64,000 nucleotides of DNA. Source: Phoronis australis. Lineage: Eukaryota > Animalia > Phoronida. The position numbers were made by a program, and so were the translations under genes. Within the stretch, counting starts at the first letter, position 1. Each line of letters begins with the position of its first letter. A model generated the notes under the pieces. The model saw nothing but the letters and a program-made list of their open reading frames with translations, searched no databases and was not told the origin of the DNA. Below, piece after piece: positions 59,357-64,000 of the stretch. Where the stretch lies: contig NMRA01000180.1 of the NCBI GenBank assembly GCA_002633005.1, positions 148,969 through 212,968 on the forward strand, in the 5' to 3' direction.

Positions 59357-60242
59357 TTTAATTGAAATTAAATTTCATTTATGAAACGTGGAGTTTTCGA
59401 CAAGCTCGATCTGTCTGCTTGAGACTGCCAGATATCATTTATTGGCTGTTATGTCAGTTTTGCCAAAGGATTTCATGGTGATTTAAAATATTAACTGACT
59501 TCAGGGAATTTTTATGATTTTTAAATAAAATTTTAACGCTAAAACCGTAACAGTTTTCAAGTAGAATGCACCAAAATGCAGTTTCCCACGTCAAGCGCTG
59601 ACAATTGCTTAGAGAGGCTCCCAAATCAAGGTGGAGTACCGAGACGCCTGTTAGTCCTCGTGGACCGAGCGCCCACTGCTCGGTATTGTGTGCATGCCTC
59701 CTGGAATCTAGGAAAGGTAAATCTTGTAGCCCAGTACGAATAAATCTGATATCTTAGAGATGGCTCAGCATGCAGGAGTTCAGTGCTTCCTGTTTTACAT
59801 TACGCTTCTGATTCATATTTTTTGCCAATTTCGAACAAATCTTCTGAGAAATTTGTTTCATTGAATGCAGGCTAAAAAATTAGTGAAATCGACCGGTGGC
59901 ATTCTTTTTCCCAAATACTGTAGCAAATCCCATAGATACCTTTTGCCAACGTGATGTAATAAATGGCGGGTCTAGGATGTGAAAAGAGTGGCCAAAGCGC
60001 GATTCTCGAATTTGTTTCGGTCGCGTTCGTAGATATCTCGTAAATAGGTAACGCGTTACGAAATTGATGTCTTGGTGCATTTTGACCAGTAAATGGAATT
60101 CGGGCAAACCTAGATCATATGAACCGCCGACGCAGCAAAAAGTCCAGGTCCGCCTATGAAGGTATAAAAAGCATCTTTGTTTTCTGGCTAAGTGTCGTCT
60201 CGTATGCGTTCAATGTGTCAGATTTTGTATGTAATCCAATAG

Positions 60243-60788
60243 ATGTCTCCGGCACTCGGTCAAATGGTCGGTATGTACACTGACTAGGTCATATGCTTTG
60301 AAAAAATCTGACTGTGCACATTGCAGAAAGCCCTTAGTTAAAATAGAAAAAACTTACCCTGCTGCAACAATTAATCTTTTCCGTCGGGGAATATATCTTG
60401 CACACCAATGGAATTAATCAACTGATTGTGATCTATTGTTGTGTTGACTTACAGGGTGGACTACCTGTAGTCGTTCAAAACACACTGAGGGATTATTCTG
60501 CCCTTATACGCCCACAGGTAATCCGTTTGAAAGTTTGAAAGTAATCCACCTGGGGTAATCCATTTGGTCCTTCGTCTCGAAGGAATCTTGACCGCGTATC
60601 AGCAATATTTTCTCTCGTTTTCCACTACAGGGTCGCCAAACAACTTTCCCGAAACATCCGACGCTTACACAATCACCCAAAAACTGATAGAGGAGAACTA
60701 TCGGTACTCTTTGAAAGAGAAGTCCAATGGCTCCAAGTGCAGGCAGGAAAGTTTCTTTCATAAATTACTTACAGAACACGAGGCGTAA
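60243..60788 (+). CDS. Candidate small 3-exon orphan gene (~82 aa) or spliced ncRNA
   Basis: TATAAAA at 60163; exons 60243-60270, 60455-60517 and 60631-60788 with GT-AG phase-1 introns; no recognisable domain. Confidence 0.35.
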
Positions 60789-62419
60789 CAAAAAGATCAG
60801 ATTATGTCGTCATAGTTAGTAACCCGCTCATTATGACGTCACATGTTCTGAATGTGTGTTATGGAAAGTGTTTTTAAATCGTCTTTTTGGACGCTAAGTT
60901 CATCAACTCTGACTGCAGTTTAACTGTTAAAACTAATGTTTCGTGCACTATTAATTTGGTAGTCACATTTTAATTTGTTTTATTAGGAAATACAAATGCA
61001 AAAGATGCAATCATAATCATGTGGACGAACATCACAACTAAGTGATTGCGCACGATCTCACAAACTGATGGAGTAAATATCCAACTAAGTTGAACCACAC
61101 AACGAATGAGCCACCCTCTGTTGGACAGTTAATGACGCCCCATGAGAGACAAAAGGTGGCACAACTTGTACTCGCCACAACTGAGCGCGAGTGCTGGCAG
61201 ATATGCTAGTCTACTTCTAGTATCTTTTTCCACAATTTTTCATTGTAAATTACAAATGTTGGCATTAACGCAAATAAAATCAGCATATTATTACCTTTTC
61301 ATTAGTTCCTATCACCAAAAATTCCAGTCCCCACTGTTGCTAGAAGCCCAGCCATTCACCAAGGGGTTGCGATTTGCGTGATAAAGGGGGCACAGAACAG
61401 TTCTCACAGGGGTTTGCCTATCAGAACACATGTTAAAGGACTCGTCACCCTTTCTTCACTCTGTCAAAAACTGTATGGAAAGGACGAAAAAATTTTAGTC
61501 CTTTCACATCACAAGCCCTGCAGATAAACACAGAAACTTTGTACTCTCTTTATCTTTTGACCCTTAGTGACTCCTACTGAAAAGCAAGGTGGACTAAAAA
61601 AGGGCAAAAACACAAAATCGGCACTTTTCACCCCAAAACCACTACTTCCCTGCCAACATTAGATTCTAAAAGCAAATTTCCTACCAATAACAAAAATGCG
61701 GTCCAAAAGTACTGTCAACCTACTCGTTTTTTCCAAATCTGTATTGTTAAAGGGATTGTTTGAAATCGCAGCAAATTTCTCATTCGCTACCCAGCAACAG
61801 GGGGCCGCCATCTAGAAGAAGAGTGCAGCTACAGCCGAGCAAGTTGTCTATTTCACTCTCAAGCCCACTGAAGACTGCAATACCAGGTACAGCTGTTCAT
61901 CAAGCAAATAGAGAGCCACTTCTCAAATCACCGGTACCCGTACTCGTTCCGGTCCATTACTGAGTGTCAACTTCTTTGATATAGATCTCGTCAGAAAAAT
62001 CGCACTGTTCACTTTGAAAGCGCTCGCGTTCCACGTGAAGTCGAAGGTATGCTCTGTCGCTGGTTAATAAGAAAGTGATAAACACTGCTTAAGTCTTCAC
62101 GCCCTCGATTGGGAAAATTAAGACTGACCACGAGATAGGTGATGCAGCCTTTACAAGCACGTCGGGCATTGCGAAAGTTCAAGTTATAATAAACAACGAA
62201 CGTAAATGCCAATTCGGACAATTCCTTATCAAAATTCGGGAAAATGGGGTTGAAGTAGTTTTGATGAACTTGTTGCATTTTTGTTTTTTTTTCTGTACTG
62301 TACGGTAATGTTGTACCGTTTTTAAAATACTTGATTCAATTGCGCTTTTTAATGCCAAAAAGTATAATTAGTCGGTTTAGGTCCAGTTCCTAATCTTCAT
62401 ACTCAAAATCGAAATAGAA

Positions 62420-63365
62420 AACATCCTTGCGGACAATATATTCATACTAAGGAGCCTGACAGAAAATATTTATCACGAAAAAAGTCGAAGCCTTTTTATA
62501 GTGCATTTATCGATTTTCGCAAAGCATTTGACTGTGTGGATAGATCTTATCTATTTTAAATTTACGGTCATAGGATGTATTTGGAAAAATATTTGAGACA
62601 TTGAGAACTAAATGTATGTAAATTTAAAGCAAATATGGGAGTGTAACAAGATTATTTTGCTGTGACGCAAGTGTACGATAAGGCTGCATGCTAAGCGCAT
62701 TAGGGTTTTCATTGTATACCGACCAACTAACAAAGGAGATGCGAGAAGGAAGAGGTTGTGGAATAAATATTACCCAAGATAATGAAAATGTGTAAACGTT
62801 ATTAATATATGATGATGTATTGTTATTTGAGAATTCTGTCATCGAGTTACAGAGACGGTTTAATGCACTTGAAATGTTCTGTGTGAAAATGGAAAATGTC
62901 ATCAAATACGGAAAATGAAATATTGTGGTGTTTAAAAATGGCGGAGGTATAAAGAAAACTGTGAGGTAGACATATAGGGGTACTCAGTTGCAAGTAACTA
63001 GTTATTACAAATATCTAAGGCGTGCATTTTCAGGTGGACTGAACTTGGTTCATAATGCCAAAATAGCCTTCAATCTTTTTGATTCTGTGGTATCACCTAT
63101 GGTGCTGAAGTAGGGGGCATGTTATGTGAAGGAAATAGAAAACGTGCAAAATAAATTCTGTAATTGGCTTTTGCTTACTGGTAGTGAAACAACAAATGAT
63201 ATGGCCCAGGTAAATTTGAGTGGTGTGAATTAGTAGTACCATACATGTTACCTTTATTGAAGTCATTCAAAACGGGTACTAATAGATTGTTAAAGCAATG
63301 CTACAACTTGCTGTATAATAAGGATGCACTTGGGCAGAAAAACTGGTTCATTGGAGTGAAAAACC
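62420..63365 (+). mobile_element. Degraded LINE reverse-transcriptase region (RTE-X-like, inferred)
   Basis: DNIFIL, FIDFRKAFDCVDR, V.*GCMLS, VVFKNGG, YYKYL, KFCNWLL..TTND and NRLLKQCY..KNW, with many stops and frameshifts. Confidence 0.85.
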
Positions 63366-63680
63366 TTGTTGTTAGAAACAATATGTGCTCAAAGTCTGTC
63401 CGAGTGTTAGCCAATACTGACTTGATTTATCAGTTCAATTGCCCCCACAACGAATGTATTCGTTCAAACACTGATTGCTCAAGGTATGTTGGTTATACAT
63501 GTACAACTTGCACTTTATCTCGCCGGTTATCTATGCATTTACAGAATAGATCAATTAAAGATCACTTCCAAACACTCCACAAACAGAAAATTTCTCGTTC
63601 AGATATTGTTGACAATACGATCGTCAGGTATTTCGAACGTGACTCCTTTCGTTTGAAAATACTCGAAGCTTTAATAACAA
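63366..63680 (+). mobile_element. Penelope-like GIY-YIG endonuclease fragment
   Basis: LIYQFNCP...YVGYT...LSRRLSMH...SIKDH...IVDNT...RLKILEALI. Confidence 0.85.
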
Positions 63681-64000
63681 GAGCAACGCAGAGCGTTGAA
63701 ATGCGCCCACAATTGCACCGCATACGGTATCCTTCTAGGGTTGTTTATTGGTACCATAAAGTGGCCAGTAGAGGGCATATATGTAGTATGTTGTGCTTTG
63801 CAAAATGGAAAGGCATGGTCCTTGTCTCCTCAATAGGCTATTGGCAAAATGTGAGTAATCTTCATAATACAAGCACATCCTATACACCAGTTGCTTAAAG
63901 CACCACAGAAACATAGAATTAAAAACAAATTTACCAACATACGAGATTAGCACAGCATTAGAATGCCAGAAACAAATTTCTACTTGGAACTTTTCCTTCA

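Noticed and set aside
61750-61900. Minus-strand GCSC....GGPCC motif suggestive of a transposon protein relic
   Set aside because: Short, with no supporting termini or long frame.

Overview
This is eukaryotic, AT-rich animal genomic DNA from a draft assembly with N gaps; a marine invertebrate source is inferred from the repeat types. It is dominated by one + strand, 5'-truncated, intron-rich polycystin-1 family (PKD1/PKD1L/REJ-type) gene. I assembled it by hand into 37 GT-AG exons (656..57241, 10,226 nt, about 3,400 aa) with consistent phases through to a TGA stop. Domain order is: half PKD repeat, PAN/apple, F5/8 type C (discoidin), about 10 PKD repeats (one 3.4-kb exon), REJ, GAIN/GPS (HL|T), TM1, PLAT, TM2-5, TOP and a PKD2-like channel, then a short coiled coil. 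The most unusual feature is that the PAN and discoidin modules sit inside a single PKD repeat as frame-neutral phase-1 exon cassettes. The predicted pore filter reads L-N-R instead of L-G-D/K. The introns hold two copies of a non-autonomous Kolobok-like element with THAP relics, MITEs with 5-bp TSDs, nested insertions, a Penelope relic and tandem repeats. There are also three probable assembly-overlap duplications at single n's. Downstream are a candidate small 3-exon orphan gene and a degraded LINE joined to a Penelope GIY-YIG fragment. No CRISPR array, rRNA or intact tRNA was found.
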